Below are positions 8,286-15,748 of a DNA stretch of 39,136 bases, one piece after another. This stretch comes from a virus, in the IMG/VR virus record IMGVR_UViG_3300009515_000007, positions 1 to 39,136 of that record; one strand, given 5' to 3'. Within the stretch, counting starts at the first letter, position 1. The number at the start of each line of letters is the position of its first letter. The notes under the pieces were generated by a model that was given only the letters and a program-made list of their open reading frames with translations, made no database searches and was not told the DNA's origin. The position numbers and the translations under genes are program-made.

Positions 8286-8314
8286 TTGACCTCATATAGA
8301 TATAGATATATACT
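8286..8314 (+). promoter_or_regulatory. Sigma70-like early promoter
   Basis: TTGACC, a 17-nt spacer, then TATACT, about 30 nt upstream of the RHH gene. Preceded by TGGGGATAACTG at 8272-8283. Confidence 0.55.
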
Positions 8315-8344
8315 AGTATTGAGATTAGAAAATAAAGGTAATTT

Positions 8345-8500
8345 ATGAAGAAAAGGCTAGACGAGGTTTTGATTATAAAAATTGACCGAAGGATGAAAGC
8401 CAAATTAAAGGAGTTTTCGATCCGGAAGGATATTTCTATGGGTGAGATTATACGCAAGTTGTTAGTTAATTTCCTTAAAGGACATTCTAAAGGACAATAA
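8345..8500 (+). CDS. Ribbon-helix-helix (CopG/Arc-like) transcriptional regulator
   Basis: Hand translation MKKRLDEVLIIKIDRRMKAKLKEFSIRKDISMGEIIRKLLVNFLKGHSKGQ has a beta-strand then two helices. AAAGG lies upstream of the ATG. Confidence 0.65.
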   Translation: MKKRLDEVLIIKIDRRMKAKLKEFSIRKDISMGEIIRKLLVNFLKGHSKGQ

Positions 8501-8655
8501 AGGACATTATGAGTTTCCAGAGAATGACAATTCAAAGTAATAGCAGATTGTTAAACGGCGGATCGGTTTCGGCTAATCCGTTTGTGAGACTTCTCGCAAC
8601 ACAATGTTTTGTCGTTCTCTGAAAGGTCGTATTTTAGCGTTATTAAGTAATTATT

Positions 8656-8841
8656 ATGAGTACAGCCTTTAAAGAGATAACCAAAGACCTCCCAAATCCT
8701 GAATCCATTTTCAAATGCAAGGATATTGGTTGCAACTTCGCTTGGAGAGGGAGCAACTATAAGGAGGATGAGGTTAGGTATGGCGAAATATGCCCGCTAT
8801 GCAACTCCACACAAGAGGGTCGAAATTATGAGACAAATTAA
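8656..8841 (+). CDS. Small zinc-ribbon protein
   Basis: 61 aa with CKDIGC...CPLC cysteine pairs. Confidence 0.5.
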   Translation: MSTAFKEITKDLPNPESIFKCKDIGCNFAWRGSNYKEDEVRYGEICPLCNSTQEGRNYETN

Positions 8842-8846
8842 GAACC

Positions 8847-9026
8847 ATGAAAAAGATTCTAGTTATCCCCGTTTTAGGATTGTTACTTGGAGTCGGGGCG
8901 TTACAAATAAAGGTCATCGGGATATACAACAAGCTGATGTCGGATGAAAAGACGGAAGCCCGCTGGTCAGAACGGGCTTCTATCGAAAAAAGCTACTCCA
9001 AAGACTCTCTATCAATGGATTATTAG
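8847..9026 (+). CDS. Small membrane protein
   Basis: Hand translation MKKILVIPVLGLLLGVGALQIKVIG...; 59 aa with an N-terminal hydrophobic helix. Confidence 0.4.
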   Translation: MKKILVIPVLGLLLGVGALQIKVIGIYNKLMSDEKTEARWSERASIEKSYSKDSLSMDY

Positions 9027-9040
9027 TATTATAACACACA

Positions 9041-9580
9041 ATGGAAACAACGGAATTAGATAAGGTGCGAATCCTAAGTAAGAAAGAAAAGGGCCAAAAT
9101 AGACACTGGAAGAACTTTCTCGACAAAGACTATCTTGGCTCTCATAACCTAGAAAAGAACGAAGAAATGCTACTTACCATAGCTGGGTTCATAGGAGAGG
9201 AGGAGGTGTGTACAACTGATGGGATTAAATCTAAAAAACCGGTTATCTACTTCAAAGAAGAAGTGCCGAAAATGATTATGAACATCACTAATGGAAACAC
9301 TATCTCTGCTCTCTATGGTTCTCACCCCGAAGGTTGGATTGGTAAACAAATAAGGGTATATGCCACAGCAGTCAAAGCTTTCGGTAAAACCCAAGACGCA
9401 TTAAGAATACGAGACTTCATCCCCAAGATTGAGGTGGATGTTGTTGCTATCTCGGAAGACATGGAAGGTTGTAAAACTCTAGCCGAGTTACAAGCCTACT
9501 GGCGTAAACTTCCTGTATCGGCTCGGAACACACAAGAGTTGGTCGATCTTAAAGACAAACTCAAAACTAAGCTAAAATAG
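9041..9580 (+). CDS. Conserved-looking hypothetical protein directly upstream of the exonuclease (possible recombination partner)
   Basis: 179-aa ORF ending 4 nt before the YqaJ-like gene. Confidence 0.55.
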   Translation: METTELDKVRILSKKEKGQNRHWKNFLDKDYLGSHNLEKNEEMLLTIAGFIGEEEVCTTDGIKSKKPVIYFKEEVPKMIMNITNGNTISALYGSHPEGWIGKQIRVYATAVKAFGKTQDALRIRDFIPKIEVDVVAISEDMEGCKTLAELQAYWRKLPVSARNTQELVDLKDKLKTKLK

Positions 9581-9584
9581 GGGC

Positions 9585-10274
9585 ATGAAAATAATAGAAA
9601 ACTTAGAGCAAGGAACTGCCGAATGGCATCAAGCTCGCAGAGGAAAAGTAACCGGAACAAAACTAAAGAGAGTGATGGGAACACAATGGGATCGGGTCAT
9701 GCTCACTGCTGAACTTATCGCAGAAGAAGGAACGGAACAAAGTAAAATAATTAGAGCCAATACTGAAATGGAAAGAGGAACTGCGGAAGAACCTTTTGCG
9801 ATTAAAGCATTCGAGTTTAAAACCGGTAAGGATGTAGAAGTTGTCGGGGCTTGTGTATCTGATGAACACGATTGGCTTTTACTCTCCCCGGATGGGTTAA
9901 TAAAAAATAACGGGAAGTACACCGAGGCGGTAGAAGTTAAAAGTCCTGATTCAAAAATGGCTATCTTCTACAAAATGGCAAACATGATTAAAGAGGAGGA
10001 GTTAGCAATAACACCCGCTAAGAAACCCATTAAGGGTATCCCCCACGATTATATTTGGCAAGTTGTACATTACTTCATTGTTAATGAAGAATTAAAGAAA
10101 CTACACTTCGTTACTTATGACGAAAGATTTGTTGAGAATGAAGCAAAGATGTACATTGTCGAAGTCACCCGGAAAGATTTAGAGGAAGAAATCACAGAAG
10201 CCAAAGCTAGGCTCTCAACTTTTCGGGACGATTGGCTTAGATGGAAAGAAATCGTACTACCAGATAATTTCTAA
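9585..10274 (+). CDS. YqaJ-like (lambda Exo family, PD-(D/E)XK) recombination exonuclease
   Basis: The N-terminal QGTAEWHQARRGKVTGTKLKRVMG is the characteristic YqaJ opening motif. D/E...K core at SPDGLI...AVEVKSP. Confidence 0.85.
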   Translation: MKIIENLEQGTAEWHQARRGKVTGTKLKRVMGTQWDRVMLTAELIAEEGTEQSKIIRANTEMERGTAEEPFAIKAFEFKTGKDVEVVGACVSDEHDWLLLSPDGLIKNNGKYTEAVEVKSPDSKMAIFYKMANMIKEEELAITPAKKPIKGIPHDYIWQVVHYFIVNEELKKLHFVTYDERFVENEAKMYIVEVTRKDLEEEITEAKARLSTFRDDWLRWKEIVLPDNF

Positions 10275-10294
10275 TTACAAGTAAAAGAATAGAG

Positions 10295-10420
10295 ATGAAC
10301 AATACATTCTATTGGATAATGATCCTCGCTTGGATCGCCATCATCATCCTCGGTTTCAGTATCATCTTCACAAACATCGGGGTTAATGAATTAGAGGGTC
10401 AGGTAATCTCAACACAATGA
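10295..10420 (+). CDS. Small membrane protein
   Basis: Hand translation MNNTFYWIMILAWIAIIILGFSIIFTNIG.... The stop overlaps the next ATG (ATGA). Confidence 0.4.
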   Translation: MNNTFYWIMILAWIAIIILGFSIIFTNIGVNELEGQVISTQ

Positions 10421-10500
10421 CTAAAAATTGGTGGAAATGGTTAATTATTGGCATAGCTCTAGGGTTATTCATAGCACAGTTAATTGATGTCCCCTGCTGA
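10417..10500 (+). CDS. Small membrane protein
   Basis: Hand translation MTKNWWKWLIIGIALGLFIAQLIDVPC. Confidence 0.35.
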   Translation: MTKNWWKWLIIGIALGLFIAQLIDVPC

Positions 10501-11071
10501 AAAAGAGATAAGTATTAAGGAGGCTTCTTTTATCTTGGATTATGAAGTCCGGTCTATTCGCCGACTTCTAAAGGAAGGAAAGCTTAAAGGTGAATTGAGG
10601 CGAACTAAAACAGGCCGAAGCTGGTTTGTTGATTCTGGCTCGGTAAATAGGTTTGCGGAGGAGTTAGAAAAGGAGGCTAATAATAAGGCAAAGGACAGGG
10701 AGTTACTTGACCGAGGTCAGGAACATCTTGGCAACAACATGACCGATGTTGGTAACAAGTTATCCACTCCCCTACCCTCTCCCCTACCGGATAAGTACAC
10801 CGAAAAGCTGGAATCTGAAAATAAAGTGCTACGCAACGAGAATAGGGGACTGACCCACCGGCTCATCAACTCTGAAAAGAGGGGATCGCAACTCGAAGGA
10901 GAAAAGATCGGCTACCAGATGATGATAGGCAAGTTAGAGAAGTTTACCGGAGAATTGATGGAACGCCTTAAATTACAAGCTCCGGTCAACAACGGACAAC
11001 CTTCGGACATCTCCGGTCATGCTACAATTATTCACAATGAGGAAGAAAAAAACTCTAGTACAAAGCAATGA
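10487..11071 (+). CDS. HTH (excisionase/MerR-like) DNA-binding protein with a coiled-coil C-terminus
   Basis: ISIKEASFILDYEVRSIRRLLKEGKLKG is an HTH-type segment. I chose the ATG at 10487 over the TTG at 10484. Confidence 0.6.
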   Translation: MSPAEKEISIKEASFILDYEVRSIRRLLKEGKLKGELRRTKTGRSWFVDSGSVNRFAEELEKEANNKAKDRELLDRGQEHLGNNMTDVGNKLSTPLPSPLPDKYTEKLESENKVLRNENRGLTHRLINSEKRGSQLEGEKIGYQMMIGKLEKFTGELMERLKLQAPVNNGQPSDISGHATIIHNEEEKNSSTKQ

Positions 11072-11369
11072 AAAAGAAATCCAAAAATCAATCCTCGACT
11101 GGCTCTCCTGGAAAAAAATCTTTCATTATCGAAACAATACTGGTGCCTTTTCCCAAGGAGAGGGAAAATCAAAACGTTACGTTCGGTTTGGTAGGAAAGG
11201 AAGCCCGGATATTATCTGTGTCATTAAGGGGCGATACGTTGGGATTGAATGTAAGGCACCGAGAGGGAAGCAAACCGAGGATCAAATTGGATTTCAGTCA
11301 GAACTTGAATTGGCAGGTGGTAAATATATCCTCGCCCGTTCAATAGAAGACGTAGAGGTTCTTTTATGA
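11037..11369 (+). CDS. VRR-NUC domain nuclease
   Basis: EKEIQKSILDWL...GSPDIICVIKGRYVGIECKAPRGKQTEDQ matches the VRR-NUC D...E-x-K...Q layout. Confidence 0.75.
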   Translation: MRKKKTLVQSNEKEIQKSILDWLSWKKIFHYRNNTGAFSQGEGKSKRYVRFGRKGSPDIICVIKGRYVGIECKAPRGKQTEDQIGFQSELELAGGKYILARSIEDVEVLL

Positions 11370-11399
11370 GGAGTGGATTATTAAGTTAAAAGAAATAAC

Positions 11400-11666
11400 A
11401 TGAAAACATACATAGGAGAGGAGGGTTTAGGTAAAACTTGGCAAGAAGATTTCCCTGCCAATGTCGAGTGTCATAAATGTAAAGGAAACTGCCGGATTAT
11501 GTTCGTGGCATTTGAAGACGAGCCAACAACCGAGAAAAACAAGAATGTCTGCGATATACACGACAACGGAGAAGAAGAAAAGTTCTGGCCCCACGATTGT
11601 ATCGCTTGTGCCGTTTACTTGTGTGAAAAATGCTTTGAGCCGAATGCGATTATGAATCAGGCTTAG
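11400..11666 (+). CDS. Cys-rich (zinc-binding) small protein
   Basis: 88 aa with CHKCKGNC and C..C..YLCEKC clusters. Confidence 0.55.
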   Translation: MKTYIGEEGLGKTWQEDFPANVECHKCKGNCRIMFVAFEDEPTTEKNKNVCDIHDNGEEEKFWPHDCIACAVYLCEKCFEPNAIMNQA

Positions 11667-11718
11667 ATTACAAAATTAAAGAAAGAGGGATGAAGAAAAT
11701 TATTTGGGGATAACTGAT

Positions 11719-11746
11719 TTGACATTTGGTGGTAAATTACTAAAAT
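11719..11746 (+). promoter_or_regulatory. Sigma70-like promoter; the transcript is probably leaderless
   Basis: TTGACA, a 16-nt spacer, then TAAAAT. The ATGATG starts only 4 nt after the -10. Preceded by TGGGGATAACTG at 11705-11716. Confidence 0.5.
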
Positions 11747-11750
11747 AGTA

Positions 11751-12245
11751 ATGATGGAACTTGATAATCAAAAACACCTTGGTACATATGGTGAAAAGTT
11801 AGTACAAAAACGCTTGTGGCAGAGGAATTACAGAGTGAGGGACGTTTCAAAAGATAATTTGATTAATGGCAGAAATGATGCGCATTATGACCTTTTAGTA
11901 AATAATCATTACAGGTTAGAGGTAAAGACCATAAGCGAGGACAGAAAGCTTTGGAATGCTGGCAGAGGAGCCTACTTTCATCTTAGATGGGATGAATTTG
12001 ATATCCTCGCCATTGTTATCATAAGCCAACTCCACGAAAAAGTATTTTATATTGACAAGGCTGGAATATTAAGAGCCAAAAAAACACAAAATACAAACAA
12101 GCATGCGATTTATATTCAGCCAGAACTCCTAAAAAAATACTTTGCCACGAGGCCCGAGGTGGTAATACCCCGCCAAAAGAACATTAAAAAGTTAAGGAAT
12201 GGAAGAAGAAAGCAAAAAAGAGGACTCAAAACTATCGTGGTTTAA
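11751..12245 (+). CDS. PD-(D/E)XK-like nuclease-fold protein with a basic tail
   Basis: GTYGEKLVQKRL...HYDLLVNNHYRLEVKT has a D...E-x-K arrangement. Confidence 0.45.
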   Translation: MMELDNQKHLGTYGEKLVQKRLWQRNYRVRDVSKDNLINGRNDAHYDLLVNNHYRLEVKTISEDRKLWNAGRGAYFHLRWDEFDILAIVIISQLHEKVFYIDKAGILRAKKTQNTNKHAIYIQPELLKKYFATRPEVVIPRQKNIKKLRNGRRKQKRGLKTIVV

Positions 12246-12606
12246 GTTTTATGCCCACGATTGGCTAACTGACCTAAAAATCGTGGATATGTCTAGTGAA
12301 TATCGTATATGTTATCTCACTCTGTTATGTTTAGCCTCTGTATCATCAGTTCGTGGATCAATCAAGGATTGCACGGAAAAGAGGTTGATAAGAGGTGCAA
12401 ACTTTGGCACAGAGGCGGAGAGGGAAAGAGCCAAAGGATGTATCCAATTTTTCATAAGTAACGGGATGATAACGAATGATAACGGAATTGTAACAGTTAA
12501 AAAGTTCGCAAAAAGGCAGGGTCAAGTTCTCTCTACCTACGAAAGAGTCAAGAAACATAGGGAGAAAATGAAGTTATTAGAAGAAAACAAAAAGGTCGGC
12601 CATTAA
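12199..12606 (+). CDS. DUF1376-type replication initiator or replisome organiser
   Basis: SWFKFYAHDWLTDLKIVDMSSEYRICYLTLLCLA is the typical DUF1376 opening. Iterons start 6 nt after its stop. Confidence 0.7.
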   Translation: MEEESKKEDSKLSWFKFYAHDWLTDLKIVDMSSEYRICYLTLLCLASVSSVRGSIKDCTEKRLIRGANFGTEAERERAKGCIQFFISNGMITNDNGIVTVKKFAKRQGQVLSTYERVKKHREKMKLLEENKKVGH

Positions 12607-12611
12607 ATATT

Positions 12612-12687
12612 TGTAACGAATCTGTAACGCTTGTAACGTTTGTAACGAAATGTAACGAAGATGATAACGGGAGATAAGATAAGATAA
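12612..12687 (+). repeat. Iterons: 5 x TGTAACG (spacing 9-11 nt), one GATAACG, then (GATAA)3
   Basis: TGTAACG at 12612, 12623, 12632, 12641 and 12651. GATAACG at 12663. GATAAGATAAGATAA at 12673-12687. Confidence 0.75.
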
Positions 12688-12702
12688 GAATATACTATTA
12701 GG

Positions 12703-12786
12703 GCTGTGGATATGTGGATAACTCTAAGACGAGTTACCACACATATCACACAGCTTAATAATAAAGATTTTTTCTAAGGAAAAAAT
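12703..12786. promoter_or_regulatory. Origin core: DnaA boxes inside an imperfect palindrome, plus an AT-rich inverted repeat
   Basis: TGTGGATAT (12705) is followed by a perfect TGTGGATAA (12713-12721). Palindrome arms at 12703-12724 and 12731-12754. ATTTTTTC-taag-GAAAAAAT at 12767-12786. Confidence 0.55.
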
Positions 12787-13084
12787 TAAAAAGAAAAATG
12801 AAAACCTTTAAAAAATGTCGCCCCATGTACACCCTCACCGGCCTAATGGTCTGCTTCAAGGTATTCTTGGCCCGCTACTTCTTCCCCAAGATACGCCACA
12901 AGGGGCAAAAACGGCGAATAACAGTTTCAAATGACAAAGAGGTACTACGATGACCAAAAAGCTAAAACAGGCAAAAATGAGCCATCAATGGTGGCGAAAA
13001 ATAATAGTTACTGCTACACAGTTTTGTTATAAGTTAGTCTGTGTAAAATGCGGGAAAGAGGGTAAAATTAAATGTCGGTAAGTG

Positions 13085-13093
13085 TGTGGATAA
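13085..13093 (+). promoter_or_regulatory. Second perfect DnaA box, TGTGGATAA
   Basis: Exact 9-mer upstream of the 13117 ATG. Confidence 0.4.
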
Positions 13094-13116
13094 CCCTAAC
13101 CCCTCACAATAGACAC

Positions 13117-13371
13117 ATGAAGAAAGAAGAAAACCCACAATACAACATCCCCTGTAGTTGCGGATCACACAACAGCTTTTGGAAAACTGTGATAGAGAGT
13201 AAATACTGGGAGTCGTGGTATGAAGAACAGATGACCCGATTCAAGGCGGGAGATTATGAAAATTGCTTTGATATTGACGAGTGCATGTCGTGCGGATGGA
13301 TTAGTCCTAGACACTTTGAAGCCTTTATGAGTTTTATTAAGAAGAATTATCAACTAAATAAAAATATATGA
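13117..13371 (+). CDS. Hypothetical Cys-containing protein
   Basis: I preferred the internal ATG (MKKEENPQ...) because the 13072 start would cover a DnaA box. The stop overlaps the next start. Confidence 0.45.
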   Translation: MKKEENPQYNIPCSCGSHNSFWKTVIESKYWESWYEEQMTRFKAGDYENCFDIDECMSCGWISPRHFEAFMSFIKKNYQLNKNI

Positions 13372-14141
13372 GTGATAATAAAAATACAAACTGCAATTAC
13401 TGCGATTACTGCGATTACTGCTATTCCTGCAATTACTGCGATTACTGCTATTCCTGCAATTACTGCGATTACTGCAATTCCTGCAATTACTGCAATTCCT
13501 GCTATTACTGCTATTACTGCAATTACTGCTATTCCTGCTATTCCTGCTATTCCTGCTATTCCTGCTATTCCTGCTATTCCTGCAATTCCTGCTATTCCTG
13601 CTATTCCTGCAATTCCTGCAATTACTGCGATTACTGCGATTACTGCGATTCCTGCAATTCCTGCAATTCCTGCAATTCCTGCTATTCCTGCAAAGGACTT
13701 CGCATGTCAGAGTATATGCTTTTCTGTCTGGGGGATGGAAGATGGGAAAGCAAAGGTGAGGGTTATCAAAAGAATCACAGGATATTTAATGTTGATGTTG
13801 AAAAAGAAGAGTGGGAGAAGATAAGAAGTGGTCTACCTAAAATAAAAATAGCTTTAACTCGCTGGATTGATAAAAAAGATATGACTGATGATGAGAAAGA
13901 GGAATATCCAGTCTACAAAGAAATCGGTGGTTATTTAAAACGATGGACTTACGAGGAAGCGTGGGCTAACTGGTGGAATGAAGCTAGTCAGGAAGATAGG
14001 GACGCTATCTTAAACATCCCACAGTTTAACGCCTCCATCTTCAAGGAAATTACTGGGATTGACGTAGAAAAAAACTCCCTATCAGGCAAAGAAGTAGAAG
14101 TAACACTAGACGGCAAGACTTATAAGGCAGTAATAAAGTAA
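13368..14141 (+). CDS. Cys-X-X tripeptide-repeat protein with a non-repetitive C-terminal domain
   Basis: 257-aa ORF. Residues 9-108 are 33 consecutive C-[NDY]-[YS] units plus a final Cys. The C-terminal roughly 150 aa are ordinary sequence (...ILNIPQFNASIFKEITGIDV...). Confidence 0.75.
   Translation: MSDNKNTNCNYCDYCDYCYSCNYCDYCYSCNYCDYCNSCNYCNSCYYCYYCNYCYSCYSCYSCYSCYSCYSCNSCYSCYSCNSCNYCDYCDYCDSCNSCNSCNSCYSCKGLRMSEYMLFCLGDGRWESKGEGYQKNHRIFNVDVEKEEWEKIRSGLPKIKIALTRWIDKKDMTDDEKEEYPVYKEIGGYLKRWTYEEAWANWWNEASQEDRDAILNIPQFNASIFKEITGIDVEKNSLSGKEVEVTLDGKTYKAVIK
13392..13691 (+). repeat. 33 tandem 9-nt units TGC-[A/G/T]AT-T[A/C]C plus a terminal TGC
   Basis: Read directly. Only 2 of the 9 positions vary and there are no synonymous differences. 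The tract is open in all three forward frames. Confidence 0.95.
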
Positions 14142-14145
14142 AGAG

Positions 14146-14466
14146 ATGAACAAAGATAACGAGAGGATTATAGAGGAGTTTAGAGAAAAGAAACAACTTG
14201 CCAAGGATAAACTAAAAGCCCTTGGAGTAATTAACGGGACAGTCGTAGATGCAGAAGTGATTACGGAGGACTGGCTTACCCAAACACTAGACAAGGTGAG
14301 GGGGGAACTCCTAGAAGCGGAGATTGAGAGGTTAGAGGGGTATAAGGAGTACTGCAATCCAAAATCTTGTGCAAAAGTAGGTAATGATGAATGTGATATT
14401 TGCTTAAAGAATGAAGTTATCGACACTGTCCTCTCCCACCTACAAGAGAGTAAGATAAAAGAATAA
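14146..14466 (+). CDS. Hypothetical coiled-coil protein
   Basis: 106-aa ORF, tightly packed with its neighbours. Confidence 0.55.
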   Translation: MNKDNERIIEEFREKKQLAKDKLKALGVINGTVVDAEVITEDWLTQTLDKVRGELLEAEIERLEGYKEYCNPKSCAKVGNDECDICLKNEVIDTVLSHLQESKIKE

Positions 14467-14470
14467 ATAT

Positions 14471-14836
14471 ATGAAAACAATTACACCAACAGAATGGATT
14501 TACGAAGTAGCGAGATTAGAGGCAATAGCTTCTGGTCGTAGTATTGTGCCTGAACCTTGGGAAGAAAGAGATGAGAAGTTTCGCACACAAATGACAGAGT
14601 ATGTAGAAAGTCTGCGTGGTAAAACATTACCTACCCCCGAAGAAGCACACGACTCTTGGTGGCGTAAATACGAAGAAATGGGCTGGAAGTATGGCGAAGT
14701 CCGAGACACTGTAGCCAAAACACATCCTGATATGGTTCCGTTTAGCGAATTACCTAAAGACGAACAAGACAAAGATGAGATATTTCTTGCTTTAGTAGAG
14801 TTTGCATTTAAGTTTCTCCCACTCCCACCCCACTAA
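14471..14836 (+). CDS. RyR-domain protein
   Basis: HDSWWRKYEEMGWKYGEVRDTVAKTHPDMVPFSELPKDEQDKD matches the RyR (PF02026-type) signature seen in phages. Confidence 0.7.
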   Translation: MKTITPTEWIYEVARLEAIASGRSIVPEPWEERDEKFRTQMTEYVESLRGKTLPTPEEAHDSWWRKYEEMGWKYGEVRDTVAKTHPDMVPFSELPKDEQDKDEIFLALVEFAFKFLPLPPH

Positions 14837-14857
14837 AGAAAAATGTGAATAACTTAC

Positions 14858-14886
14858 TTGACAGGTATATAGTGTGGGTATATACT
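14858..14886 (+). promoter_or_regulatory. Sigma70-like promoter
   Basis: TTGACA, a 17-nt spacer, then TATACT. Preceded by AATAACTTAC, which is related to the GATAACTG motif. Confidence 0.55.
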
Positions 14887-14913
14887 TAGAGCATAAAAGG
14901 TTAAGAGAAAAAA

Positions 14914-15225
14914 ATGAAGAAACAATCCGAGAAGAAAATAGTAAACATGTTGTGCGAGTGGTGTAATGAGACACAGCAGGGGATAAAAAAAATTACTGAT
15001 GGGATGGTGATAGATGAAGAAATCTCATCTCGTGATATTGGCGATATAAACCAAGAGGTGAGGGAGAGGGCAACGCAACTTCTAAGATTACTTGAAGATG
15101 AGTTTGTCCTCATGGGAAGAGACTGCGATGAGTGCACCATGCAAGTCAGTCTCAACACCAGGCCCCTTAGTACTAGCTGGAGCCTTAATTTCTCAATATG
15201 TGACAAGCACAAAATAAAACAATGA
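14914..15225 (+). CDS. Hypothetical protein
   Basis: 103-aa ORF, the first gene after the 14858 promoter. Confidence 0.5.
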   Translation: MKKQSEKKIVNMLCEWCNETQQGIKKITDGMVIDEEISSRDIGDINQEVRERATQLLRLLEDEFVLMGRDCDECTMQVSLNTRPLSTSWSLNFSICDKHKIKQ

Positions 15226-15446
15226 GAAATAAATACACCAAAGAACAAAGACGGGCTATGGAGGACTTGATTGCCGAGCATGAAAGGTTTGCTCACACAG
15301 TCGGAGAAAGGCACAGACTACAAGAAGCGAAAGTGGCGCTCCTTAACCGTAGTGCTCGGTCTTTAGGTGCTAAATTGTCAAAGAAAGCAACCGAACATGC
15401 GAAGCCACCAAAATGGCTTGGTAAAGTCTCAGATAATTTTTATTAG
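15222..15446 (+). CDS. Hypothetical basic protein
   Basis: 74-aa ORF with an ATGA overlap to the upstream ORF. Confidence 0.5.
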   Translation: MRNKYTKEQRRAMEDLIAEHERFAHTVGERHRLQEAKVALLNRSARSLGAKLSKKATEHAKPPKWLGKVSDNFY

Positions 15447-15451
15447 GAAAA

Positions 15452-15748
15452 ATGGATATGAGTAAAATAGAGCCACTTGTGGAACTAACACAAGAACAAA
15501 AAAATAGGGCACAATCAGCAGTTGATTTGTTTGCTAGGGTAAGGGAAGTTCGTTTTACAAATCCTAAATTGTATAAATTTCTTTGTGAGGTCAACCAGAT
15601 TGGGACATGGAACAATCCCACGAAGGAATCTTTTTTGTCTCCACATTCTGTTTTACTTCAGGCAAAAACTCTTGTTTATTTGGAAGATGACATTGAGTCA
15701 AACAAGGTGAAGGCACGGGCGATTGAAGAAAAAAGAAAAGCAAAATGA
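15452..15748 (+). CDS. Hypothetical protein
   Basis: 98-aa ORF. Confidence 0.5.
   Translation: MDMSKIEPLVELTQEQKNRAQSAVDLFARVREVRFTNPKLYKFLCEVNQIGTWNNPTKESFLSPHSVLLQAKTLVYLEDDIESNKVKARAIEEKRKAK

Noticed and set aside
8345-8500. Lysogeny module (repressor plus integrase)
   Set aside because: Only a small RHH regulator is present. I found no integrase, recombinase, partition or attP-like feature, so temperate status cannot be claimed.
8254-8535. 93-aa minus-strand ORF
   Set aside because: Its sequence is low-complexity. The plus strand here carries a good promoter plus an RHH gene with an RBS.
11068-11346. 92-aa ORF overlapping the VRR-NUC gene
   Set aside because: It is out of frame with the VRR-NUC motifs and has no features of its own.
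12797-13032. Two short ORFs (12797-12934, 12931-13032) in the origin region
   Set aside because: They have no RBS and an odd composition, and they lie between origin elements. I kept the region as non-coding origin DNA.
13392-13691. Possible CRISPR array or non-coding satellite
   Set aside because: The unit is only 9 nt with no spacers, and it is perfectly in frame within a 257-aa ORF.
13372-13824. 150-aa alternative-frame ORF (IQTAITAITAIPAIT...) across the repeat
   Set aside because: It is a by-product of a 9-nt repeat that is open in all frames. Only the Cys frame starts with a coupled ATG at 13368 and continues into a long non-repetitive domain.
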